DNA of 31,592 bases from Candidatus Bathyarchaeota archaeon (GTDB lineage: Archaea > Thermoproteota > Bathyarchaeia > TCS64). The notes beneath the pieces were generated by a model. The model saw only the letters and a list, made by a program, of their open reading frames with translations, searched no databases and was not told where the DNA came from. Shown here piece by piece: positions 17,666 to 26,184 of the stretch. Numbering within the stretch: position 1 is the stretch's first letter; the number at the start of each line of letters is the position of its first letter. The stretch is from positions 1 to 31,592 of the forward strand of contig JBDRQD010000079.1 in the NCBI GenBank assembly GCA_043826455.1, given 5' to 3'. The position numbers and the translations under genes are program-made.

Positions 17666-17883
17666 TCAGGGTCGCCGTCAATCGTTTTTCTAAGGTCCCT
17701 GGACTTGAATGAGAAGAGTTTAGCGAAAATGTTTCCACGCAGCTGTGTCATCTGTTTTATCACATCCTCTATTTCCTTGAATAATGCTTCAAGCTCAGGC
17801 TCCGAGTACTCTTTTTCGTTTAATTGTTGGCGTAACCTACACAGCTCTTTCCGTATTTTTTCAGTAGCAGACATGAGTATCAT
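17662..17883 (-). CDS. small coiled-coil hypothetical protein
   Basis: Two heptad-patterned helices; starts 3 bp after the upstream stop (alternative ATG 17874) and overlaps the downstream start. Confidence 0.65.
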   Translation of the reverse strand: MILMSATEKIRKELCRLRQQLNEKEYSEPELEALFKEIEDVIKQMTQLRGNIFAKLFSFKSRDLRKTIDGDPE

Positions 17884-17886
17884 CCT

Positions 17887-18582
17887 TCAGCTTGGTTTGG
17901 GTGAGGTGAGTTGATCGATCAGCTCCTTAACCTGTAGCTCGAGGTTCTTACGGTCAGATACGTCACGCACACAGGCGACGGTGGCGACGTGTTCTTCGCC
18001 TTGGATTATCTTCGCTGCTTCGATCTCAAGCCATTTTCCAGGTTTCTGCTCGGTGTATGTTGTTTGCTTGATCTTTCCCTCTTCATCTAACTTGGTCCTA
18101 ATCCATTCAATGTAGCCTTCCCTGCTGGAGAAGAAGATGTCAGATGATTTACCTATCATCTCGTTCTTGCTTCTGCCCGCTATCTCAGTCATCGCGTTGT
18201 TGGCGTAGATTATTTCGTGGTGGGGGTTTATGATCAAGATGCCACAGTAGGCGTTTTCGATGGCTGTCTCGAAGACTAAGTTTCTTGACATCAGTTCATG
18301 GCTGACGTCATCGATGACGATGTTAGGTATCTTGCTGTTGGTGTCTCTCAGGTACTTAAGGAACCATATGTGAGACTCCAGGGCGAAGTCCCTGAGCTCC
18401 AATGAGGCATCGTCCTGCACCTTGGCCCACAGCTCGAGCCCCAGTTTTATGTCTTGAGTCAGGTTGGGCAGGTTTTCTTGTATCCGCATCTTTATGATGG
18501 GAAACCCGTCTGGTACGACTCCTGTTGTTAGGTACTGTATTATTCTTGTTCGTTCCCATTCGGTGAATATGTAGCCCCGCAT
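17887..18582 (-). CDS. PAS-domain protein with uncharacterised N-terminal helical domain
   Basis: FETAIENAYCGILIINP...IIYANNAMTEIAG.SKNEMIGK...RDVSDRK is a PAS/PAC; N-terminal MRGYIFTEWER...RI...P.L..DI.L domain; no kinase or cyclase. Confidence 0.85.
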   Translation of the reverse strand: MRGYIFTEWERTRIIQYLTTGVVPDGFPIIKMRIQENLPNLTQDIKLGLELWAKVQDDASLELRDFALESHIWFLKYLRDTNSKIPNIVIDDVSHELMSRNLVFETAIENAYCGILIINPHHEIIYANNAMTEIAGRSKNEMIGKSSDIFFSSREGYIEWIRTKLDEEGKIKQTTYTEQKPGKWLEIEAAKIIQGEEHVATVACVRDVSDRKNLELQVKELIDQLTSPKPS

Positions 18583-18840
18583 TAGAATTTAGTTATAATG
18601 TTCTTACTATTAAAATATACAGTAGCTGTAAACAACTTATTACATTGGTTGTAATTATTTTTATTTCAAGTTAATTTCATATCACTCATTGAACACCAGT
18701 AATAGGTGTGACTCACCAACGCCTTTCCCTACTCCTGTTCAAACTCAGGTAAGCCTTCGATCTGTCTGAATCAAGGCAGCGAGCCAACAAACAGTTGAAG
18801 TTAATCCCCGCACAAGGTTACGGTGCCCTTCTTCAGCAGA

Positions 18841-19707
18841 CTATTCTGGGAAGAGGGGCGTGAAGCCCTGGCCTCTGGCGTTATTCACCGCTTCCTCCTG
18901 CTCCCCCGGTGTCATGGGCTTGTACTCCTCCCCCGCCCTCAGCACCATGCCCCAGAGCCCCTGCTCACAGGGCAGGCTGTAGGTGGTCACCCCCTCCTGG
19001 CTCAGGGTATACCTGACGCCGAGGCTGATGTCCCCCGGGGTGTCACTGGGCTCATACCACGTGCTGTACCTGTGCGGCCCCTTCCACCGGCCCCTGCATA
19101 TGGCCTTAATGGCGGTGACACCCAGGTCGTGCTCCGCGGCGTACCTGAGCACAGGCCTGAAATCGTTTTCTGGGTGCCAGGCCGCGGCGCTGCACAGGCT
19201 CACCGGCAGCAGCACAGTGTCGAAGTCGTACCGTTTTAGAGCTTCAAGGTTGGCCCTCATGTCCTGGTGGCCGGTGATGCCCAGGTACTTTACGAGGCCC
19301 GTCTCCTGGGCCTCCTTGAAGGCTTCGAGGGCTCCGCCGGGGCCCAGGGCCTGATCAACCTCCTCAACGGTCTTGAGGCTGTGCATCTGGTAGAGGTCGA
19401 AGCTCTTGACGCCTAACCGCTTGAGGCTCCTGTGGAGCTCCGCTGCGGCGCCTTCCTTGGTGCGCTCGGTGGTCTTCTCGGCCAGGAACACCTTGCCGCG
19501 GTGGGTCTTCATCCATGGGGCCAGGCGGAGCTCGCAGTCCCCGTAGGTGGGGGCCAGGTCCAGCATGTTCACGCCAACGTCGAAGGCCGCCTTGATGTAC
19601 CCGTCGGCCTCCTCCTGAGGCAGCCTGCCCACGCCGCAGCCCCCCAGGGTGATGACCGAGACCTTGGCTCCGATCCTGCCCAGTCTACGCTTAGGGATCA
19701 ACAACAA
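18841..19707 (-). CDS. aldo/keto reductase
   Basis: RRLGRIG..VS...LGG, D.A.TYG..E, AEK, SLKRL....FDLYQMH, G.VKYLGITGH. Confidence 0.92.
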   Translation of the reverse strand: MLLIPKRRLGRIGAKVSVITLGGCGVGRLPQEEADGYIKAAFDVGVNMLDLAPTYGDCELRLAPWMKTHRGKVFLAEKTTERTKEGAAAELHRSLKRLGVKSFDLYQMHSLKTVEEVDQALGPGGALEAFKEAQETGLVKYLGITGHQDMRANLEALKRYDFDTVLLPVSLCSAAAWHPENDFRPVLRYAAEHDLGVTAIKAICRGRWKGPHRYSTWYEPSDTPGDISLGVRYTLSQEGVTTYSLPCEQGLWGMVLRAGEEYKPMTPGEQEEAVNNARGQGFTPLFPE

Positions 19708-19808
19708 TCACACTGAACTCATGGTTTCAGCCGATTTAAGGGTTAAAGAAGCTGGGCGCTCGGCTTCACGGATAAATAGTATGGTTCCCCAGGGTTCAGT
19801 GATATGCG

Positions 19809-20270
19809 TTGAACGAGGTTAAGTTCGTCATGGACCAGCTGAGGACCACCTTCAGCGGCGACAGCTGGCACGGCCCCAGCGTCATGAAGACTTTGAACGG
19901 GGTCACGGCGGAGCAGGCCTCGGCCAGGCCCCTGGGGGAGAGACACACCATCTGGGAGATGACCGACCACATGGCCTTCTGGCTGGAGGAGGTCCACAAG
20001 GCGTTGAAGGCCAAGGAGATGCCAAAGCCGGATAAGGCGGTGGACTGGCCGCGGATGGGGGGCGGCGAGGACCAGTGGAGGGAGTCTGTTAATCGGCTGG
20101 AGGCCGCCGTCAACATGATCCTGGGCGAGCTGGCGGGCTGGAGCACCAAGGACCTGGAGAAGACGGTGGGCGGAGCCAGCTACAGCTACAGGCAGATGCT
20201 GCATGGGGCGGTGCACCACAACCTGGACCACGCGGGCCAGATAGCCATCCTGAAGGGGAAGGTTTCTTAG
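19809..20270 (+). CDS. DinB/YfiT superfamily protein
   Basis: SWHGP, HTIWE...H..FW, HN..HAGQI His triad; GATAAATA upstream. Confidence 0.88.
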   Translation: MNEVKFVMDQLRTTFSGDSWHGPSVMKTLNGVTAEQASARPLGERHTIWEMTDHMAFWLEEVHKALKAKEMPKPDKAVDWPRMGGGEDQWRESVNRLEAAVNMILGELAGWSTKDLEKTVGGASYSYRQMLHGAVHHNLDHAGQIAILKGKVS

Positions 20271-21073
20271 CTCTCCTTTGCGGCGTCGTGGCAGCCCTCC
20301 AGGACCAGGTAAGCGAGCACTAGGAGTCGCCTCATGGCCTCGTTGTCCCTGAAGCCGCCGTGGAAGGCGTTCCAGCCGGCCGTGTAGTAGTCGCTGTAGT
20401 TCTGGGCCAGGGCCGTATAGCCGTTTTCCTTGAGGAGCCGTATCACCCTCGTCCTGTTGAGGGTCCACAGGTGCTTGGGGTCGGGGTGGCTCTGGCTGAG
20501 CACCCGCACCGGTGAGGGTGAGACCACGTAGCAGAGCATCCTGAGCACCCTGTAGTACTCCAGGTCTATCCTGTCGAAGACATACTCGGGGAGCCTATCA
20601 AGGAGGGGGTCCAGGTTCTGTAGTTCGGCCAGGTCCCGGGCCCTGAGGCTGTCAATGGGCTCGGGGGGCTTGAGGGGCGTCTCCCCGTAGAGGGGGATGA
20701 CCTCGTGGGGTGTCTCGGGGAGGAAGTCCCGGCGGTCCTCGGTCATGAACACCACCTGGGGTCGGGGAATGTGGAGGTGGTCTGGGCGGAGCTCCAGGAA
20801 CCTTTCCTCTATGATGCGTGTTGTGTCCAGGGCGTACCTGAAGCCTTGCCGGGTCTGGGGGAAGAGGGGCTGGCCGCCCACGGTGCCTATGTGGATGTCC
20901 AGGTCGCTGATGACTGGGACGTAGTCGGCGGGGGTCTCCCAGGGCTTGGCGGCGGAGCCCTTGAGTGTGGCGTACGTGATGCGGTCGCTGAGCCTCTCCT
21001 CTATGACCTGGCGCCAGACTGTGATGGCGGCGTCCACGTCTTTTCTGGCTTCCCGTAGGCTCTCGGCGCTCAT
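20267..21073 (-). CDS. putative Pol-beta-superfamily nucleotidyltransferase with helical C-terminal domain
   Basis: LKGSAAK...DYVPVISDLDIHI matches hGS-x-DhD. ATG 21073 (MSAESL) preferred to 21142. Confidence 0.6.
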   Translation of the reverse strand: MSAESLREARKDVDAAITVWRQVIEERLSDRITYATLKGSAAKPWETPADYVPVISDLDIHIGTVGGQPLFPQTRQGFRYALDTTRIIEERFLELRPDHLHIPRPQVVFMTEDRRDFLPETPHEVIPLYGETPLKPPEPIDSLRARDLAELQNLDPLLDRLPEYVFDRIDLEYYRVLRMLCYVVSPSPVRVLSQSHPDPKHLWTLNRTRVIRLLKENGYTALAQNYSDYYTAGWNAFHGGFRDNEAMRRLLVLAYLVLEGCHDAAKES

Positions 21074-21182
21074 GTCGGTCGCATAGTATCGTGGTCCTGT
21101 GCCCATAACTGTTGCTGGTTTTTCAGCATGTTTCCTGAGCAACCGTGATAAGGGGTCTCATTGTTCATCACTGGTGAAGCGT

Positions 21183-22154
21183 ATGAGGGAGAAGGAGTTC
21201 GTCGAGTACCTGAGGGGCAGGAGGATGGGGGAGGCCGAGGTCAAGGCCGCTGTCGAGTGTGTGAAGGAGTTCGAGGGGCACCTGGGGCGGCCGTACGAGG
21301 AGGCCGTGGTTGAGGATGTTAGGGACTATGTCTCGGTGCTCGTGTCCGAGGGGAGGAACAGTGAGGCGCGGCTCCTGGCCCTGGCCAGGTACAGCCAGTA
21401 TGCGGACATGAGGGATGTGTGGATTTACTGGGCGGCGGTCCTGGGGGGCCGTAACATCTATCCGTCTATACGGGAGAGGCTTCAAGCTCTGGCGGGGGAG
21501 GAAGCCGAGGACTGGGTTTTTGGGGACTTGGAGACTCCGCCGCTGGGGTCGCCGCCGGAGGAGTACCCTGAGGCGACGGCGGAGCTGATGAGGAGGCTCA
21601 TGGAGCTGGGCCCTTGGGTGTACAAGCGGGTGTTGGCGGGTAACCACCACAGGGTGCCGGTGGAGAGGTTCCTAGGGAACCGGGGGCGGCTCGCGGAGGC
21701 TGGGGGCCTGGAGGCTTTCCTAAAGTGGGATCATGATCGGGCGGTGGCGGAGCTGGAGGAGTACGCGGCGTCGGGGCGGGTGTGGTATGAGCAGGTGATC
21801 ACCCGGGAGGTTGTGGAGTATGTGCGGGGTAACCAGGAGGTGCTGTCGGCGGTGCTGAGGGACGGTAAGCTGTATGTGACGAAGATTCCTTATGCGCCTG
21901 GGGAGTACCTGGCGGAGAAAGACCCCAAGTTGAGGCGGTTCTACATGTGCCACTGCCCCCTGGCGCGGTCAGCTATTTTGGCGGGGGGGCCTGAGATTCC
22001 TCTGGACTGGTGCTACTGTAGTGCGGGGTATGAGAAGCTGCCCTATGACGTGTTGCTGGGGGAGGAGCTGGAGGTGGAGGTGCTGGAGAGCGCGTTGGGG
22101 GGCTCGGACAGGTGCAGGTTCGCCATAACGGTGCCGGGGGATAAGCTGAGGTAG
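21183..22154 (+). CDS. DUF6144/V4R-like Cys-motif protein
   Basis: CHCP, WCYCSAG, V.VLES.L.G.DRCRF; ATG 21183 after GGTGA. Confidence 0.7.
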   Translation: MREKEFVEYLRGRRMGEAEVKAAVECVKEFEGHLGRPYEEAVVEDVRDYVSVLVSEGRNSEARLLALARYSQYADMRDVWIYWAAVLGGRNIYPSIRERLQALAGEEAEDWVFGDLETPPLGSPPEEYPEATAELMRRLMELGPWVYKRVLAGNHHRVPVERFLGNRGRLAEAGGLEAFLKWDHDRAVAELEEYAASGRVWYEQVITREVVEYVRGNQEVLSAVLRDGKLYVTKIPYAPGEYLAEKDPKLRRFYMCHCPLARSAILAGGPEIPLDWCYCSAGYEKLPYDVLLGEELEVEVLESALGGSDRCRFAITVPGDKLR

Positions 22155-22225
22155 CCCGCTACTTCGCTGTACCGGGTTCTATTGTTTCAGTCCTCGGCGA
22201 ACGTGGTCCTCGTATAAGGTGGGGG

Positions 22226-23470
22226 TCACTTGGCGGGTTTGTTTGCGAGGAGCCCTATGAGGACTCCTGCCAGGGGGAACACCATGGAGACTAGCAGCAC
22301 CTCGGAGTATCCCCCGAACACGTCGAAGGCGTATCCGAAGGGTAGCGGCCCCAGGGCTGAGCCGATTACCCCTGCCATCATGTTGACTCCCCTGATGGTG
22401 CTCAGGTGTCTCCGCCCGAAGTATTCTGGCCACACCACGGCTCTCACTATGGCCTGTACGCCCATCTGGACCCCCATGATTGTACCGTAGACTAGCACGA
22501 GGGCCATGGAGTCGGCGACGTAGAGGGCGGCCACCATAGCCAGTAGGAGGGCCTGGGTGGCTGCCATGAGGTATTTCAACGGGTACCTGTCGGCGAGGCC
22601 TCCCGCCAGCAGCACTATGGGTAGGTTGATGAGGCTTGTTACGCTTGTGATGAGGGCTGCGGATTCGGGTGTGAGGCCTGCCTGGCCGAGGATGGATATC
22701 TGGTGGAAGACGCAGCCGGTGATGATGGCTGACGGTATCACTGTGATGTAGTTGACGAGCCAGAAGCTCCGGGTTCTCATGGCCTCGCCGAGTGTCCACG
22801 GTTGGTCCTCGGTTACCGGGTTCCCGTTGCCTGGGTGTCCCAGGGGTTCCTCGTTGTCCGGGGAGAGGCCTACGTCTTCTGGTCTGGTGCGTATGAGGAA
22901 GTAGAAGGCGGGGGCGACCAGGAGCCACATGACCAGGGTCCAGGTTCTCCACCCGTTCTGCCACCCGAGTCTCTGGATGAGCCAGATGTTTATTACGGGG
23001 AACGTGGCCATGCTGAGGGCGCCGAAGACGCTTACTATGCTCATGGCTCTCCCTTTTCGTCTGATGAACCACTGGGGTACCAGGGTCCCCCCGATGAGCC
23101 CCATGCTGCCCTGGCCTAGGAGCCTTATGAGGAAGAAGCCGGTGAGGAGCATGGCGGTCGAGTTCACTGTGCTCATGAAGAGCAGTGCGCCGCCGAAGGC
23201 GGCGGCGATGATGGTGGACGTTTTTCGTTGGCCGTATCTGTCGAGGATTTTCCCCACTACGCCCATCAGCATCCCCGCGGCGAAGGTGCCCACGCTGTAC
23301 ATGGTGGAGACTGTGGTTCTGCTCCAGCCGTACTCGTTGATGTAGCTGTCTATGTAGACGCTGACGTTGTAGGTCTGGCCGGGTCCGCTGAAGTAGACGG
23401 CCAGGCCGGCTACGAGGACTATTACCCAGCCGTAGAAGAAGGGTGTGTTTATGGGTGGTTTGTCGGTCAA
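22226..23470 (-). CDS. MFS transporter
   Basis: About 12 hydrophobic helices; motif A GKILDRYGQR and GGLADRY; WF.RRKGRA; EYFGRRHL. Confidence 0.93.
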   Translation of the reverse strand: MTDKPPINTPFFYGWVIVLVAGLAVYFSGPGQTYNVSVYIDSYINEYGWSRTTVSTMYSVGTFAAGMLMGVVGKILDRYGQRKTSTIIAAAFGGALLFMSTVNSTAMLLTGFFLIRLLGQGSMGLIGGTLVPQWFIRRKGRAMSIVSVFGALSMATFPVINIWLIQRLGWQNGWRTWTLVMWLLVAPAFYFLIRTRPEDVGLSPDNEEPLGHPGNGNPVTEDQPWTLGEAMRTRSFWLVNYITVIPSAIITGCVFHQISILGQAGLTPESAALITSVTSLINLPIVLLAGGLADRYPLKYLMAATQALLLAMVAALYVADSMALVLVYGTIMGVQMGVQAIVRAVVWPEYFGRRHLSTIRGVNMMAGVIGSALGPLPFGYAFDVFGGYSEVLLVSMVFPLAGVLIGLLANKPAK

Positions 23471-23570
23471 ATTTGGTCCCGGGGTCAGAGAATGGGTGTG
23501 ATTGGCCTTTATTAGTTTTCCAGTGGTGGGGTTCCCCTGTTGGTGTGGAAGATGTGCTGTGTGGGTGGGT

Positions 23571-23783
23571 TTACTCTTGTTTCTTGGGCAGTATCTGTTG
23601 GACGCGGCCTACTTTGCCGTCGGTGAGGCGGACCTTGATGCCGTGGGGGTGGGTGGGGCTGTTGGTGAGTATCTCTTTGACGGTGCCTTGGGTGAGTTTG
23701 CCGGTCCTCTGGTCATTCTTGGTGACTATGAGTACCTGTGCGCCGGGTTTGATGTTGGCTCTGGTGTGGCCGGTGGTGCCCAT
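23571..23783 (-). CDS. YwbE (DUF2196) family protein
   Basis: R.NIKPG..V.IV.K.DQRTGKLTQG.VK.ILT.SP.HPHGIKVRL.DG.VGRV. Confidence 0.9.
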   Translation of the reverse strand: MGTTGHTRANIKPGAQVLIVTKNDQRTGKLTQGTVKEILTNSPTHPHGIKVRLTDGKVGRVQQILPKKQE

Positions 23784-23821
23784 AGCCTCGGATGGTTGAG
23801 GGGCGGCTTATATGGGCTTCG

Positions 23822-25465
23822 TTAGGCTTCTGGTAGGGTGGCTCTCTTGGCTGTCCAGTCTTGGCCTTTCCTGGCGTCTATGACGAGTCTGCCGTCCTGG
23901 GCGGTGGTGTCTGTGTCGGGCTGGCTTCTGGTGGCTATGGCCCAGAGGAGTTGGCCTGGGTCGTGGGGGTCTATGTCGGGGTCTACGATGATGATGAGTC
24001 TGGCTGGTTTGAGGGGCTTGGCTTCCAGTAGGGTGCGGGGCTGGAGTGTGTCTGTGGCGGTGACAGCGAGGAGCTGGGCTACGCCTGGCACTGGCTGAGC
24101 TACGCCTTTGACGCCTCTCAGTTTGGCTGTGGTATCGGGTGCGCCGGTCTCGGCGATCTCGGGGCCTGTGGCGTCCAGGATCATCTTGCCGCTGAGGCCG
24201 CCGCGGGGTGAGGAGGGGTCCAGGAGGTGGCTGTAGACGCCTCCGAGGACTTCGAGGCCTGAGCCATGTTTGAGGTCGCATCTGCGGGCTATGGCTGTTA
24301 GTGCTTGGGATGGGTCTGAGACGTCGTCGGTGGCTGGTAGGATGGCTGCGATTTTGACGTAGTGGTCGAGGCCGAGGAGTAGGAGGGCGACTTGTTTGGG
24401 TAGGCCGGGGGTGGCTGTGGCGGCTGGGTTGAGGCTGAGGAGGGTGATGAAGTGGGTTCCTTGGGTGGGCCAGTTGATGTCTTTGAGGGCGGGCATGTGG
24501 GTGTACTGGGTGAGGGCTTGGGTGATGCGGGCTTGTTTGGGTAGGCCGCTGAGGAGGAGGTGTTCGGCGCTGTTGTTGGGGAATATGGCGTGGAATATGG
24601 GATTGTTTCTGCTTGTTATGGCTGTGATCTGGAGTAGGTTGCGGGTTGATCTTCCGCTTATGTAGCCGGTGTACTCTGTGAAGGGGCCTTCGTCCATCTC
24701 CTCGTGAGGCATTACCCCTTCGAGGATGATCTCGGCTTGGGCGGGTACTGGTACGTCCACGGTCTCGCAGTCTACGAGTTCGACGGGTTCGCCGGTGAGG
24801 GCTCCGACTTTGCTGTATTCGTCGGTGATCTTGGCTGCTGCTGCTAGGCCGAGGGCGGGGTGGGCTCCGAGGATGACGGCTACCTCCAGGGGCTGGTCGT
24901 TGGCTTTGGCTTGTTGGTAGTATTGCCACATGTGGCCTCTGCTGTGGAGGCTAACTCCGAACCTGTCGGGGCCTTGGAGCTGCATCCTGATGTAGGTGAG
25001 GTTGACTTCCTCTGGGTTGGTGGGGTTTCTGGCTGCTGTTAGGCCGGCTGTTATGTATCTTCCGGCGTCCTCGGGGTAGAACCAGGGTATGGGGAGGGAT
25101 TCCAGGTTTACTTTACTGCCCTTGTTGATGACTTCCTTGACGGGGCCGGTTTTGACGTGGGTGGGCGGGACCATGTTGTTGAACAGCCTGTTCCAGTCGC
25201 TGTAGAAGGCTAGTCTGCCTTGGCCTACTTTGGCGTCTTGTAGGGCGAGGTGTATTCTGTCGATGGTGCCGAAGAGGTTGATGAGGACGGGGGTCTTGTA
25301 GCCTTTGATGTTCTCCAGGAGGAGTGCTGGGTTGCCGGGTGTTTTCTCTGCTTGTGTGGCTCTGGCTGTAATGCCATACTTCCAGTCCACGGGCTCCTTT
25401 ACTTTGATGAGTTGGCCGGGTAGGGCGGTATCCAGTTTCTTCAGGTAGGTCCTCAGGTTACTCAT
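23822..25465 (-). CDS. ubiD: UbiD family prFMN-dependent (de)carboxylase with duplicated C-terminal domain
   Basis: LP.P...P.DAG.YIT.G, N....RMQ, VPAQAEIILEG, EGPFTEYTGY (E-x4-E); two C-terminal D(V/I)..D....L.AIA.R...DA units. Confidence 0.9.
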   Translation of the reverse strand: MSNLRTYLKKLDTALPGQLIKVKEPVDWKYGITARATQAEKTPGNPALLLENIKGYKTPVLINLFGTIDRIHLALQDAKVGQGRLAFYSDWNRLFNNMVPPTHVKTGPVKEVINKGSKVNLESLPIPWFYPEDAGRYITAGLTAARNPTNPEEVNLTYIRMQLQGPDRFGVSLHSRGHMWQYYQQAKANDQPLEVAVILGAHPALGLAAAAKITDEYSKVGALTGEPVELVDCETVDVPVPAQAEIILEGVMPHEEMDEGPFTEYTGYISGRSTRNLLQITAITSRNNPIFHAIFPNNSAEHLLLSGLPKQARITQALTQYTHMPALKDINWPTQGTHFITLLSLNPAATATPGLPKQVALLLLGLDHYVKIAAILPATDDVSDPSQALTAIARRCDLKHGSGLEVLGGVYSHLLDPSSPRGGLSGKMILDATGPEIAETGAPDTTAKLRGVKGVAQPVPGVAQLLAVTATDTLQPRTLLEAKPLKPARLIIIVDPDIDPHDPGQLLWAIATRSQPDTDTTAQDGRLVIDARKGQDWTAKRATLPEA

Positions 25466-25514
25466 GGTCTCATGGTGAAGCCGAGGAGATTAAAAGGCTT
25501 GGAGGCTCCGATTA
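25304..25514 (+). repeat. direct repeat copy 1 (ubiD 5' end plus promoter)
   Basis: Gap-free match to 31354-31564 at offset 6050; hand count 160/200 identical over 25301-25500. Confidence 0.95.
25489..25500 (-). promoter_or_regulatory. ubiD TATA-like element
   Basis: Minus strand AAGCCTTTTAAT, 24-35 bp upstream of the ATG, identical in the 31539-31550 copy while its flanks have diverged. Confidence 0.65.
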
Positions 25515-25528
25515 GTCCAGGGCGGGGT

Positions 25529-25554
25529 ATTTTGATCATTATATTGAGCAAAAT
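25529..25554. promoter_or_regulatory. 26-bp near-perfect dyad upstream of ubiD
   Basis: ATTTTGATCATTATATTGAGCAAAAT; 11 of 13 symmetric pairs. Confidence 0.5.
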
Positions 25555-25581
25555 TTAGATACCCGTCCGGGGGTCGGTGTT

Positions 25582-26184
25582 TCACGCCTCCAACAGGCCC
25601 TTGTTTTCCTGGAGCTCCAGGAGCTTCTGAAAGTCCTCTAGGAGTACGTGGTCCCACCCCATCTCGGCGTGGAAAGTCGCGTCGTCGCTGACTCGTCTGA
25701 CGAGGCACGAGTAGAGGCCTCCATCATGTCCCTTACAGTTGTCCTCATTCTCGGGGGGAGCGCCACAGGTCTCCTGGCACAGCTCCACCGTCTTCTGCTG
25801 TATTGCGTACGCAAGGTCTCCTACACCGTAGTGGTAGTCGACGCTGGATGAGAGGTAGTCCATGTTCGTCTTTTTACGTATTTTCTGCCGCGCCGAGGAC
25901 GTGAACCGGTTTGCCAGTAATAGCGCCTCATCCACGTTCTTCTCTTTCATGGCCTCTATCAGCTGGTTGACGTTCTCCAGGAAGCATGGTGACGATGAGC
26001 CGTCCTCGCCCACTAGGGCTCTCATGAGGTGTTTACTGTCCTTCTTCACCGCCACGTAGTCTATGCCGCCGATGGACTTGTCGTAGCTTTCCTCCTTGTA
26101 CCCGTGGAGGGTCTTCATGAGTTCAACCGTTGTCTGCTGCCAGTTCGATTTATATTCAATGCCTATTTTTTTCACCTTATTCAA
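25582..26184 (-). CDS. degenerate Mrr-like restriction-endonuclease-fold protein with C-terminal Cys4 motif
   Basis: GY...GGIDYVA.K ... ALLLANRFTSSA resembles Mrr_cat (GID...FT..A) but lacks (Q/E)xK; C-x3-C-x9-C-x9-C. Confidence 0.6.
   Translation of the reverse strand: MNKVKKIGIEYKSNWQQTTVELMKTLHGYKEESYDKSIGGIDYVAVKKDSKHLMRALVGEDGSSSPCFLENVNQLIEAMKEKNVDEALLLANRFTSSARQKIRKKTNMDYLSSSVDYHYGVGDLAYAIQQKTVELCQETCGAPPENEDNCKGHDGGLYSCLVRRVSDDATFHAEMGWDHVLLEDFQKLLELQENKGLLEA

Noticed and set aside
876..25042. Many long overlapping or antisense ORFs (e.g. 6392-7321, 9420-10379, 10836-11831, 14496-15218, 22179-23072, 23808-24929)
   Set aside because: Shadow frames of GC-rich genes with clear family motifs; their translations are Arg/Pro/His/Gly-biased and motif-free.
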